Position numbers and translations under genes: made by a program
Part shown: in pieces, positions 1 to 13,050 of the stretch
How positions within the stretch are numbered: the stretch's first letter is position 1
Layout of the letters: the number at the start of each line of letters is the position of its first letter
From: Octopus sinensis
Lineage: Eukaryota
Length of the DNA: 64,000 nt
Assembly: GCF_006345805.1 (NCBI RefSeq)
Contig: NC_043006.1
Coordinates: forward strand, 41,602,001-41,666,000
Direction of reading: 5' to 3'
Notes under the pieces: generated by a model
The model's database searches: none
What the model was told of the DNA's origin: nothing
The model's input: the letters and a program-made list of their open reading frames with translations, nothing else

Positions 1-245
1 GATATTAACGGTAAAAACAAAAATCTTACACAAATTCAATATAAGAAACGGCAGAAGCGTAAAATATATGCAATTTAATCCCTGATAAAGAAACTATGAA
101 GGTCCAGAAATGTCGGATATAGATTTGGGAAATCTACTGTACCAAACCAACAGCAAAAACCTTTAAAAAAAAAAACCCTGAAAAATATACGCTATAAAAG
201 ATGAAACATGTATAAAAGAAAGGCTGTTGCTGACATATACGAATA

Positions 246-690
246 TTGGGTCATCCCATAAATAATGCGGTTTTTATTAAAAGTCAGAGGTCGGGAAGGT
301 GCGATAAACTACCTGCATCAATTTGCTTTAAAAGCAGGTAGTAATTTTACCTTGTCTTTATTCTTAGTGCATGTTTTGAAGAGTGCAGTCCGATTTTAAC
401 AGTTATTTTTCAAAGCTATAATGGAAGTGAGAAAGGAGCATATTCGGCATATTTTGCTTTATGAGTTCAAAAAATGCAACAACGCAGCGAAAAGTGCATG
501 GAATATTAATGCGGTATATGGGGATCGGACAATAAGCGTAAGCCAGTTTCAATGGTGCTTCCAGAAATTCTGAGCCAGAAACTACTGCCTATAAGACGAG
601 TCTGGTCCTGAAAGAACTGTAGAGCTCGACGAGGACATCCTCCAAACCCTGGTGGAACAAAGTCACATCGTAACCAGCAGAGATCTTAGA
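246..690 (+). mobile_element. Mariner (Mos1-like) transposon 5' fragment: left TIR plus decayed transposase N-terminal HTH
   Basis: TA at 244-245 followed by TIR-like TTGGGTCATCCCATAAATAATGCGGTTTTT. ATG at 421 reads MEVRKEHIRHILLYEFKKCNNAAKSAWNINAVYGDRTISVSQFQWCFQKF*ARNYCL*DESGPERTVELDEDILQTLVEQ, a mariner HTH pattern with stops at 571-573 and 592-594. Confidence 0.88.
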
Positions 691-714
691 TTTGTTCATT
701 TGTTCACCACACAC

Positions 715-750
<36 letters not shown>

Positions 751-870
751 TATATATATATATATTATATATATATTATATATATATCAACAATTGAGGG
801 TAAAAATAATTAATTAATCCATTTCACCAAGTGTTCAGTATGTAAAAGGACTATTTAAGGCGAATTCAAA

Positions 871-1091
871 ATATTACATTATATAATTAGGGCTTAGTAA
901 AATAAATTACTTTGCCACATACTGAACTTAGTAGAAAATAGCAGCCAAAAAAAAATTTCTTAGCATTCTACTACTTAAAGAAAATTTTCTTTAAGTAGTA
1001 GAAATGCTAAGAAATTTTTTTTGGCTGCTATTTTTACTAAGTTCAGTATTTGGCAAAGTAATTTATTTTACTAAGCCCTAATTATATAATG

Positions 1092-1097
<6 letters not shown>
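871..1097. repeat. ~227-bp near-perfect palindrome (foldback) with no loop
   Basis: Left arm atattacattatataattagggcttagtaaaataaattactttgcca... is the reverse complement of the right arm ending ...gccctaattatataatgtaatat. Centre aaaa|tttt at 984/985. Confidence 0.95.
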
Positions 1098-1160
<63 letters not shown>

Positions 1161-1460
1161 CATACATATATATACACTCATACATACATACACACACACA
1201 TACATATAATATGTCAACGAGAGGTAGAAAAGTGCACTAAGCACATTTAGTCGGAGTTACAAAATATAAATCCGTACATTATGTAATTAAGTACATACAA
1301 GCACATCTTTCTCGTAATCACTTTAAATAGCTCTCTCTTTTTTCCTCCTTCCCCTCTTTGCCTCTCTCACTCCCTATGCGTATATATACATCTATCTATC
1401 TCTCACCCTTTCTCTCTTGATACACACACACACACACGCACACACACACATATATATATA

Positions 1461-1600
1461 ATAGAAATTTACAAAAGACGAAAACAGGTGTATAGTTTGA
1501 CGCTCGGGGTACTGAGAAAGTCTTTTACGTTTCGAGCCGACGCTCTTCAACAGAAAGAAACATGAGGGAATAAACAGAGAGAGAATAAAAAGAATTTCTA
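1461..1600 (-). mobile_element. Short Penelope-like/retrozyme-like element carrying a hammerhead-like motif (family C)
   Basis: Minus strand 1558-1521: TCTTT CTGTTGA A GAGC GTCG GCTC GAA ACGT A|AAAGA. 3' end abuts (TA)n. Related copies at 5233-5390 and 32080-32190. Confidence 0.6.
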
Positions 1601-1623
1601 GTTAGCGATGTATACGTATATAC

Positions 1624-1950
1624 TGTGGCGGTACATGGCCCAGTGCTAAGAGAGTCGGGCTCACAATCATGAGGTTGTAGTTCGATTCCCGGATTAGGCT
1701 GTGAGTTGTTTTCTGGAGCAAGACTCTTTATTTCATGTTGCTCCAGTTCAGTCAGTTGTAAAAATGAGCCGCAATATCACCACTCCCAACCTGTATTGGC
1801 CGTTGCCTTTCCCCTTGGATGACATCATTAGTATGAATAGGGGTGTGTGATGTGCATGGGTGCCTGCTGATCTTCCGTAAATAAACTTGCCCATTATTAT
1901 TTCCAACGTCAAGCAGACGTTAAAACTTTCGCCGAATTTCGCCCCACCCA
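1624..1950 (+). mobile_element. tRNA-derived SINE
   Basis: A-box-like TGGCCCAGTGCTAAG and B-box-like AGTTCGATTCCC head, followed by a body shared with other copies in the window. Confidence 0.7.
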
Positions 1951-2026
1951 TGCATATATATATATACAAACAAACACATACATATATATATATATATAAT
2001 TGTGTGTGTGTATATATATATATATA

Positions 2027-2172
2027 CATCGAACTCTCTCATGCACCAAATGGCAATTGCTAAAAAGCATTCGTGAAGTAAAATCATGTAGCAACACCAA
2101 ATGGCGGTGCCCCAGCATGGCCACAGCTTGTGAGCTGAAACTACATAAAAATAAAATAAAATAAAATAAAAA
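2027..2172 (+). mobile_element. Extremely 5'-truncated 3' end of the CR1/L2-type LINE seen at 43409-44381, with (TAAAA)n tail
   Basis: catcgaactctctcatgcaccaaatggcaattgc...cacagcttgtgagctgaaacta matches the reverse complement of 43415-43535 and is followed by (taaaa)n. Confidence 0.9.
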
Positions 2173-2301
2173 ATATATGTATGTATAAATATAGTCTTGT
2201 GTATATATACATAAGGCTATATAAATGTATCATATATACGCATACACATACTATGAGTACTATGCGCAAGTATATCTATATACATGATGCATCCATATAT
2301 C

Positions 2302-2332
<31 letters not shown>

Positions 2333-3091
2333 CTATATACACATATATATATATATACATATATATATATACATGTACACATGTACATATATATAGGTAT
2401 ATATATATATACATATATATGAATTTGCATATATATACATACAAATCTACATATATATATGAATTAACATATATATATATCGCTCTGAGATTTATCATTG
2501 TTATATATATATATATATATTATGTATATATATTCATATCAATATATGTATACACACATATACATATATAAAAACTCATAACATTTAATACATTTATATA
2601 TATATATATATATACGTATCTATATATTTATACATACATATATGCGTACACATTTTCACCTCCTTACTCAGTTTTCATTGTTGTGTTAGATGTATGTGTT
2701 GTGAGTGTTTTTATCTATATTTTCAAAAAAAAAGGAACATTTTGATGATGATAATGCTTCTTTATACCTCTTACCATTATTATATTTTTTGTTATTGTCC
2801 AGCTTACATAAATTTCTTATAAAATATTGCATTATTTAAAGCACTTCATTCTACTTTCAAATCAAAATCCACTTATGCTTCTGCGGAAATTAGAAATTTA
2901 AAATGATTGTACCAAATGAAGAATATGAGATTTTATCTCATACCCATAGTATATAATAAACGTATCTTACTAGATATACATCATCACTATGTGATATCCC
3001 ACTAATTTCCTGCTTGTATATTCAAAGGCCTGAAATGTAAATACAACCAATTTCATGTCTTAAGGCAATAGCAACATAACGAATTCTCTAT

Positions 3092-3170
3092 ATCAATACA
3101 TGTCTCGAACAACTCTATCTCTCCGCCTACTATTCCTGGAAGTGCTGTGTGAGTAGAGTCTTCAGATAAT
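3092..3170 (-). ncRNA. Degenerate type I hammerhead ribozyme-like motif
   Basis: Minus strand: ATTAT CTGAAGA CTCTA-(36 nt)-TAGAG TTGTTC GAG AC AT GT A|TTGAT. Has core CUGAAGA, a helix II stem, palindromic helix III ACATGT and a GUA triplet, but GAA is changed to GAG and helix I is imperfect. Confidence 0.4.
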
Positions 3171-3221
3171 TTCATCATTGATTCCTCTCAGTAACGACAT
3201 TCCTTACACTTGTCACCTTTG

Positions 3222-3252
<31 letters not shown>

Positions 3253-3287
3253 TATATATATATATATATAGATATAAACAACTGCAA

Positions 3288-3668
3288 GGAAACATGATCC
3301 ATGGCTAGCATCCAAGTGACACAGGCAGAATACTGAGACACTCCGCCTTCCGTCATGACTGACCATGGAATTGCACCTAGAAAGTTACCCTCCCAGGCAC
3401 AAGTGCGGACAATGTTGTTTATGCAAGACCAGCAGTCGCCCATTCATACCAGTCTCCCCTCTCCACACCACTGATGTTATCCAAGGGAAAGGTAAAGGCC
3501 GATACAGCTTGGCACCAGTGACGTCGCAACTCATTTCTACAGCTGAGTGAACTGGAGCAGCGTGAAATAAAATGTCTTGCTCAAAAACACAACACGCAGC
3601 CCGGTCCGGGATTCGAAGCTCACAACCTCACGATCGTAAGCTCGACGTCGTAACCACATAGCCATGCC
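3288..3668 (-). mobile_element. tRNA-derived SINE
   Basis: Minus-strand head with B box (plus strand gggattcgaagctcac) and body cagtgacgtcgcaactcatttctacagctgagtgaactggagc shared with 56785-56948. Confidence 0.75.
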
Positions 3669-5182
3669 CTTTTGCAGGCAGAATAGTTAAAGGAAATGTC
3701 TGGTTATTTGTTAGTGCAATGTCTGGTTATTTTATTAGACATCTGTTACCTGTGGGATTTATGCCGCAATCCAAACACATAGATATGATTTGTAGTCACT
3801 TTAAACTGGAATTTTAGTGGTTCCTAATATATATTCTTTCAAATTTGCTATACTGTTTACAAAATTAAGATTATATAAAACTGTGTTATGTTGAAGTAAA
3901 TACGTAATTTATTACTTTATATTCAATAAACCATTTGAATTGTATCATGATAGATGGAGTTTGGTAAATAATCAGTAGTATGACATAATCGCATCAGTTT
4001 TGGTAGCGAACCACCTTTGTACTACGTACGCACCTATGACAGCAGCTAATTAATATTGGCGCTCGATCATACCAATTTTGGCAGCGACTCAACATGGAAA
4101 CATAATCGCGACGTTTCTGTGTACAAAACATACGCTAGCAAGTAGTAAGCTTGGTTTTAGCGAAAGAATTGTCACTGTGGTACTTGAATTAAAACAACCA
4201 AATAAAAAGCAAAATCATATCTAAATATTCTTCGGTGAATTAAAAAAGTAAGTAGAAAATTGTACGGACATATTTATACATTGCCCTTCATCCATTTTGT
4301 TCCCCAGTGCTGTTACAAAATTTTCCACTGCTCTCCCCGGGGATAATGCCGCCCTGTTGAGAACCACGCGTTTACATGATGAATATAGAACTGAATTAAC
4401 TCAACAGAATCGCATGGAATCTAATGGAACGCACAAAGAGTATGCAACAAGAGTTATGAAAAAAAGATTTCGATGTTTGGAAATCATTAATTGAAATATC
4501 AAAGGTTCAAGCCAAATGAAGATTTCATCCCTGTATGTAATACAACAACGATAAAGCATTTTTCAATGTAGTGGTGCATGCTTTTCTTTGTTAATTTTGT
4601 TGGCTGAATGGAATTTAAAACAAAAACGAGAAAATAAAAAGATACGAGGTTAGTTTCCTCAATCAGAGACAACTTCGTTCAGAATAAAGTTTTTCAGCAA
4701 GAATCTTCCCTAAGCCATACTGTAAATTATTAAAAGGCCATAGAATAAGTACTTTACACTGGCGTGGAAACATCAGTTAACCATAACATGATAGAAAAGT
4801 TACCGTAAAATGTTACTGTCATGGATTTACAAAACGAGCAGCGAAATTCAATTAGCTGAAGCAATTTTCAATGTCTGATATAGAATTAAAAATCCCGGTT
4901 AATTGAACTTTCTTACTCCTGTGTCAAAAAGAATCGATACATTAGTCAAACAAAACGCTATACTTCGGCTAACTGTAACGCGCTGTCGTATTTTGTATGT
5001 GTTTCATGTACATTGGATTTCGGATGGTATGCATAAGTTTCTGTAGAGCAATATTTTGTTGATCTACCTTAACGAAACAAAGTATATAATATATATATGT
5101 ACGTGTATGTATCAATACGTATATAGACGTATGTGTTTGAGTACATATACGAATATGGAATTGTATGCATAGATTGGCATTG

Positions 5183-5232
<50 letters not shown>

Positions 5233-5235
<3 letters not shown>

Positions 5236-5390
5236 TTGTTTCTCTCCTTGTTTTGTCTGTGTAGCTTTCTGTAGAAGAGCCTAGGCTCCAAACGTAAAAG
5301 AGTTTTACTACTCCTGAGCGTTATACTAATACATCTGTTTGTTTTGTACACCACATGTCTTCGTGTTTTGTTTTTTTCGTAAACTTTCCC
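5233..5390 (+). mobile_element. Short element of hammerhead family C between two (TA)n tracts
   Basis: 5265-5300 CTTT CTGTAGA A GAGC CTAG GCTC CAA ACGT A|AAAG (G12 mutated to C). Downstream body resembles the reverse complement of 1461-1520. Confidence 0.6.
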
Positions 5391-5423
<33 letters not shown>

Positions 5424-5604
5424 GTATTTTGGATAAAATCTGTATAGGATTTTGTCGAGTAGCTAGAATGTAATAAACCATTTAGGTAAAAATTATTACA
5501 AAGTATTTAATTTTATGAATATAATTATAAGGGGAACTAGCAATAGTTTCCCTTGATTTAATTATATATGTGTGAGTGTGTGTGTGCATGTGTATGTATA
5601 TATA

Positions 5605-6005
5605 GGCGCTTCCGTAGATGTGTGGTAGGAAGTTTGCTTCCCAATTACATGTTACCGTGTTCAATCCCACTGAGTGGCACATTTGTCAGGTGTCTTCTAT
5701 TATAATGTTGGGCAGACAAAATTCTTCCGAATGGATTTGGTAGATGGAAACTGAAAAATGCCCACCGTATATATCAATATGTATACATCTGTATGTCTTG
5801 TGACTGTGTTTGTTTCCCAGTACCGCTTGTCAAGCGGTGGTGGGGCGTTTTCGTTCTCGTAACTCTATGATTAGGCAAAAGATACCGATAAAATAAGTCC
5901 TAAGTTTTATAAACGTATAAGTACTGGGATTCATTCGTTCGATGAAAGTTCTCCAAGCCATCATGGCCACAGTATAATGATAGAAACAAGTAACAGATAC
6001 AAGAT
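5605..6005 (+). mobile_element. tRNA-derived SINE (major family)
   Basis: Head tgtgtggtaggaagtttgcttcccaattacatg...gttcaatcccactgagtggcac, then ggatttggtagatggaaactga body and gaaacaagta tail as in other copies. Confidence 0.75.
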
Positions 6006-6116
6006 GAAGGAAAACATATACGTTTTACTATACATGGCATACTTACTACATATATATATATATATATATAATATATATATTATATATATAATATATAATA
6101 TATATGTGTGGGTGTG

Positions 6117-6147
<31 letters not shown>

Positions 6148-6197
6148 CAATTAAGTTATTAATATTTTAATTGCCTTTCTCTCTCTCTCTCTTTATA

Positions 6198-6228
<31 letters not shown>

Positions 6229-6380
6229 GTATTATATATATATTATATATATATAATATATGTATATATATATAATATATGTATTATATATATATCTATA
6301 TATATATATATATATGTATATAATATATATTATGTAATATTATATATTATATATATATATATATATATTATATTATATAA

Positions 6381-6412
<32 letters not shown>

Positions 6413-6799
6413 ATTATATATGTATGTATGTATGTATGTATATATATATATGAACTAATTATTTGATCCAAGCGGAGACAGTAAACTGCAACTGTAACGT
6501 CCGTGACGATCATTATCAGAGTGGAAGAAGAGCGAAGCGGAATTGCTTGAAGCTGGAGTTGAAACCAGTCTTGGCTCAACTAATGCGCTCTTACCTCCTA
6601 AAACTTGCTACGAGCAACCACGAAGACAAAACGGCATTCAAGAAATGGAATGTAGCATCCATCCGGAATAATTTTTATGGAGGTAGGCTCGTTATATGCA
6701 TATTTCATGTAACGAAAGCAGTAATAAGATCAATAGGAGACAACATCAACAACAACTACGACAATAAAAATGGCCGTAGCAACATTAGCAAAACTCAAG

Positions 6800-7192
6800 T
6801 ACGACTGCCAGTGAAGCATCATCGGCGTCATAAGCAAAATATAAACGAAAAAGAATCGCAGTAACAACAGAATTATATACAGTAGGAAGAACTGCTAAAA
6901 TAGCCAAAAAAAAAAGAAGAGAAAAAAACAGCGGTGACATCAAAAGAAGCTGGAGAAGTAGTAATGGTAAGAGGGACTGTAACAACAACACGTAAGAGCA
7001 ACGGTAAGAGCAATGGCAACGAGGACAACAACAACAAATTCTGGAATAAACTTTCAGCAACAGTAATTGCACTACTGCCAACGCCAACAACAACAACAAC
7101 AACAACAATGAAATCAGTAATTGCAGAAGAGGAAAAATAATAACAGATAATAATAATAATAATAATAATGACAGATGATGATGATGATGATG

Positions 7193-7258
<66 letters not shown>

Positions 7259-7430
7259 CGAAACCGCAATAGTCACTGCAAACGCAACAATAGTTTCTAC
7301 AACATCAATAGCAACAACAAGAGAAATTGTAAGTGCCACTATTTTATATGGAGCGACGTAAATAGAAACAGTAAAAGCAACAACAATATCGACAACAATC
7401 GATAATAAAAAAAGAAACATTAAATAATGA
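6800..7430. repeat. Compound trinucleotide microsatellite region (CAA/TAA/TGA)
   Basis: Long (TAA)n at ~7140-7256 with (GAT)n and (CAA)n tracts. Explains the poly-Y, poly-I and poly-L ORFs in the track. Confidence 0.9.
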
Positions 7431-7584
7431 CAAAAAAAATGCAAGTATTAATAAATCAAAGCAAGATACAAACAATAAAAAAACAACAATAAACACAAGG
7501 GATACATGACAGAAACATACTCACATACATACATATATACATACATACACATATGTAAAATCCCACACACATACATACATGCAT

Positions 7585-7623
<39 letters not shown>

Positions 7624-8017
7624 CATATATATGCATACACCCACATATATATAGAAGGAAGTGATGGGCATTTAAACAACAGCACCAGGAGAAGCGGCGG
7701 TAAATCAGCGACCACCACCGTCATTACCAACAACAAAAACCGACAATAACAGTAACAGCGGCAATAACAACAACAACAAACAGATAACAACATCCCCAAA
7801 AGCAATACTTAGAGAAACAACTCTATGTAGACAACAACGATATCATAAACATCTTCAAGAGGAAACCGATCTATGATCACTTATTCTGCTAGAAATAGTA
7901 GCCGAAGTTCACTTACGTCTCCCTATGCAGTTTTAGAGAAAAAGAAAACGATGAATGGTATAATAGGATACTAAAAATATTTTACTCGAAAAGATAAAAA
8001 AATAGATATGAGATCCA

Positions 8018-8147
8018 GGCCGGGTGTGTAGTTAGAGGAACGCTTCCAGTCACATGGTTCTGAGTTCAGATACACACTGTCGCACTTTGGGCAAATATTT
8101 TGTTTGTGAGTGGATTTGGTAAGCCAAAACTATTTTCTCTCTCCCTG

Positions 8148-8204
<57 letters not shown>

Positions 8205-8510
8205 GTATGTCTGTCTACCTGCGCGCATACATGCATAGTAACTGCTTTCTCATATACGAGCAAAGCCATTGATCGTAAAGGAGAGTCATTGATGATGCAA
8301 TGTAAGGCACTTGAACTAAGACAAGATTTGCACATACTATTGCATAATGCACAGCTGTATTGGTAAACAGACGGAACAGGTGCCACAACATGTACATGTG
8401 CGTGTGTGTATATACATGTATACATGTATACATATATGTGTATATATATATATACACATACATATTTATACAAATATACATATGCGTATATATACAGATA
8501 TGTATGTATG

Positions 8511-8560
<50 letters not shown>

Positions 8561-8820
8561 CATATGTATATATATATATATATTTATCTATGTATGTATA
8601 TGATTATATCTATGAGTATGTGTGTGTTTCTCCCCACCATTGCTTAACAGCCAGTGTTGCTTTGTTTACATGCCCGTAACTTTATATTTTCACAAACAAG
8701 ACCTACAGAATAAGTACAGGGCTTAAAATAAGTACTGGGGTTGGTTTGCTTGATTAAACCGTACAAGCGGGAACCCCCAGAATGGCAGCAATCCAATGAT
8801 TGAACCAAGATGAAAGAGAA
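8018..8820 (+). mobile_element. Major-family SINE split by expanded (ATCT)n and (TA)n microsatellites
   Basis: Head 8018-8135 (cgcttccagtcacatggttctgagttcag...gagtggatttggta). Body and tail 8620-8820 (ccaccattgcttaacagccagtgttg...agtactggggttg). Confidence 0.6.
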
Positions 8821-9729
8821 GAGATAGAATCATCTACAAGATGGTTATATATTTTCAGGAGACGATTTTCAAACGTGAGTTGGGTTTAAACAACAACCGA
8901 AGCAGAGACAGCTAAAAAATATAAAAGTATGCCAGTAACAGTAACGAAAATAATAATAAAACACCCAAGAGATACAATTTGAGTGTGTGCCAACTATGTT
9001 TTGCCTTTCCTCTCAAGAAATGAGAATACATAATAACCAAATAGTATTGTATGCTTCATAGAGATTGTTCAATATTAAACCGTGCCTCACATGTTAAAAT
9101 ACACACAAAAATAAAACACACAGTTTGCCAGAATTTGAAACCCTGGCATCGATATATGAATAAATAAATATATTATTATATTCTACAACAAACTGGCATA
9201 AAAAAATCTTAAGAGACAACCATCATAATTCTCTTGAGACTAAGCTTTTGTGCATTGTGATTCTGTGTGGTGAGTCTTTATGAATGTATGTGCGTGATTG
9301 TCCACTGGTGTGTTTGGAACTGCACATTTAAATGTAGCTTTATGTATGTTAATATATGCGTGTATACCTCTGTGTTTGTGAGAGAGCTCATGTATATATG
9401 CGTTTGTTACTTTATTTTTCTTATACAAGAGGCAGTCAACCGTCTCCAGTTATGCTGGGTCTACAATCTCATTCTGTCATGTCGATCATATCTAACTTAT
9501 GATGTTTTAAGTCTGGTTATATTTATCAATTTATTCTTATTGCATTACTTAGTTACACTGTTGAAAGAAAAATGTTTTTACACCGTAAATTTAAACTTGG
9601 ACACGAACATCGACACACACTCCCGAATGCATATACACTTGTACGCCCACATGTATATGCATTTGGAAGAAACAAACACCAGCACTCACACATGTTTACT
9701 ACTAGTTTGTGTGTGTATGCATATATATA

Positions 9730-9776
<47 letters not shown>

Positions 9777-9777
<1 letters not shown>

Positions 9778-10232
9778 TAGCAGTATAGTTGCTCGGGTTT
9801 GTTTTTTAGTTGCGCTTAAAACGGCAGACTTTGATGTCGCGTTAACAAAGTTTTGACATAGTTTCAATCTTTTTTGAGAAGTAAACATTTCGCATTATGT
9901 AGATTGTTATTTTCTTTAAGTGAGCATTTTTCGGGTTGAAATACATCGAAAAATTGCGACACAGCAATAAAAAAATCGTAAAAAAATAGGGATTTTCAAT
10001 GGAAAAAAAGCACCTTTTCGATGTAAATAATTTTTGGTCTTAACATGGTCGGATTTGAATTTTTTCTTCTACGGAATGAAGAGCAAGCCTTCTTCTATCA
10101 TACTCTCAATTTTGGTCAACTTGCGCCGCAGGGTCTCTGAGGAGATAGTGTTAGTTGAAGACTACCAACCCTGCCACCCCCCTCACACACACACATACAC
10201 ACATAAACCAACTTCAGCTTTATATATATAAT
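9777..10232 (-). mobile_element. Non-autonomous Helitron (~455 bp)
   Basis: Minus-strand 3' end ...CTATACTGCTAG|T (CTAG 9780-9777), resembling the autonomous element's CTATGCTGCTAG|T with a partly deleted hairpin. 5' end TATATATAAAGCTGAAGTTGGTTTATGTGTG merges into (TA)n; the terminal TC is not resolved. Confidence 0.75.
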
Positions 10233-10253
10233 ATATATATATATATACATACA

Positions 10254-10299
<46 letters not shown>

Positions 10300-12427
10300 C
10301 AAAAAGAGATGTCGAACCAATAAAATATAAGTATGCGTACGTATATGTATACGCGAGTATATCTATCCATCTAGTTAAATATAAGTGTGTATGTGTATTT
10401 ATATATTGTTGGTCTACCTCTAAATCATGTAAGATTTTAATAGTGATAGCAACCGTACAAAAATGCACAGGTATATAAAGGACATCTTCATGATTGTAGT
10501 TTCAAATGTTTACAATGTTTCGCTTTTAAAATTTACATGGTAGTCTTTTTCTGATGGTTGCTAACTCTTTTTAGTTTTTGCAACAATATATGTCGGCAGT
10601 GTTCAATTGTTCCTTATTGGCAATGTCGATACGCAGGAGTGGTTCGTAATTCTGGAACAAGTCGTTTGGCAGTAGTGGCAGTAGTAGTATTAATAGTGGG
10701 CGTAGCAGCTTAAGCTCTTGTCGTATTAAGTAGCTGTGTGAGCGATAGATGTGGGTTATTTAGCGCTTAAATGTATCCCGCTGAGCCTTCTCAAGTTTAC
10801 TTAACATCTTGCGCATGTCATTGTGTTAATTTGGTTATCAGACGCACAGGTAAACTTACTTATTTTGAAGAATTAGATTTAAAAAACGATCTCCAGCCCT
10901 TCTGTCAAACTGAAACGTATACAACCGTTGTATCATTTGCATATTATTTTATTGCTGCTTCTGTGATCATTGAGTATATCAGTTATGATCATCGAATGCA
11001 TTAGTTAATATTTTTTCTTTAATTTGGATGATCTTTTACCTTTTCTAATGCTACGTGTTTGTAGAATTTAGTTCATCCTTGTAAGTATTTAGAGTCTTGG
11101 TAAATTTCGAAACAAAAATGTTATAGGTGATATACAGTAAGACTTTCAATTCTAATATATCTGTCATCGTTTGTCTTTGAGCCTGGATGTTAATTTTCTT
11201 CGCTGTTTGTATTCCGTTATCTATAAAGAATGTGAAACCTTTTATCAATGAGTGTATCTTTAAGCTCTCGCAATCGTATCTCACGAATGGTTTCATCGGA
11301 TACAATAAGGCAAATTTTCGTCGCTACAATATGAGGGATATTTAATCTTCTGCCTCTCGGGTAACAGAAATTGAAAAGCAGATATAGTTCGGAGTCCGCA
11401 GGCTTAGAAATTTCTGTTTGATTTTCTTTTGTATCTTCTTACTTTATTAAGGTGTCAGGTAATTGGAATTTGTGTTGGTTAAATTCCATTACAATTATAT
11501 ATTCTCTATGATTTCTATGGTATATATTTAAAGAAAGATTACCTATATTTTGCTCTCGTCTCCTTTGCAGATAAGAATTTTTGTGGAGAGCTGCTGCATA
11601 TGTGCCCAGCATTTAACGGCTACAAACTCTACAATCATGCGGGATGTTTGTATGAAGATTCGAAAGATACATTAAGACGTTTGTCATTAACGGTTTCGGG
11701 AGGTGGTTAGCTTATCTAAGTTCCTTCTTATAAAACTTACTGGGTATTTCTGTTTAATCTTGTGAACTGAATGATACAGAAACTATGTTTAAATTTTACT
11801 TTGGCAACATAATCGTATTAATTCTCGGTGAGTAGTATCCGATACGAGTGCATACTACAAGGTTCATTATTATTTTTTATAGTAGTTTTGAAAATATTTT
11901 GCATGATTAAATCGTCTTAACAATTGAAATCAGTGGCATGTTTCGGTGAAAATGTAAACGTTGCTTCGTTTGTCACGATGTAGATCACAAAGCATATTTC
12001 CTTTTGGTTATCATAGAGACACAAATATATATTTGTATAAATGTGTGTCTACGTGCGTGTGTGTGCGCATGTTTGTTTGTGTGTAACAGTATCTGTGTCT
12101 GTGTGTAAGAGCGTGTGTTAGAAAGAGAGAGAGAGAAAGAGAGAGAGAGAGTATGTATGTTTATAGGACATTATGTGTATGCATGCACAGTTACTATCTA
12201 CTGTGTGGAATAAACAAATATATGAGAGCATAAATCAGTAAAGAATATTTAGAAGCTATTTGGAGATAATTTATCGTTCACATTGACAGATTTTATGTAT
12301 TTTTCATATTTTCTAATAATTAATAAATGCTTCTATTTTATAGGCGTATGTAAACATTTCACTCAGAGATAATTGTGTACTTCACTTGCGGCTAATATTA
12401 TTCGGACTCTAATGAAAACTATATATA

Positions 12428-13030
12428 TCTTTATATATATAAAACTGAGAATGTGTGTCTGTCTGTCTGTCTGTCTGTTTCCCTAAAACTTGAGAACTAC
12501 AAAACCAATTTCATTCAAATTTTACACGTCTTACTTAGGGTCCGGGGAGTGTCATCGGCAAAAATTTTTTAACTTTTTGCCTAGGGCGAGCCCACAGGAA
12601 TACCATATCTTCTCCACTACGATTTCCTAAAATTTGAGAACTACACAACCAATTCCATTCAAATTTTACACATGCCTTACTTAGGGTCCATGTATTTTCA
12701 ACTTCTTGCCTAGAGCGAACCCATAGCAATATCATATCTTCTCCACTATTTCAGTATTAGAGGTAGGCTGGATTGTAGCCACACTTCTATACAAGAGGGA
12801 GGACAAGATACAATTGATCGAAATTACAAGAGACGGGCTAACAATTCCAGTCTGTTATATATTTTGAGTATCGTTATCACTTCACTAGCGATATCAAGAT
12901 ATAACTTTGTATTTTGTATTTTATGTGTAGATGTATATATATAGATGTACATGTAATATGTACACTTATATATACACATATATACATGCACTAGCACTAT
13001 GACCCGGCAACGACAGGTCTTTAATGCTAG
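12428..13030 (+). mobile_element. Non-autonomous Helitron (603 bp) with an internal ~145-bp tandem duplication
   Basis: A|TCTTTATATATATAAAACTGAGAATGTGTGTCTG(TCTG)n 5' end. 3' end GACCCGGCAACGACAGGTC hairpin-like, then TGCTAG|T. Internal repeat 12479-12623 vs 12624-12750. Confidence 0.85.
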
Positions 13031-13050
13031 TATATATATATATATATATA

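Noticed and set aside
10500-11900. Possible very old retroelement (YANDTTV, resembling YADD, on the minus strand near 10930)
   Set aside because: A single degenerate motif with no other RT blocks found by eye; needs a profile search.
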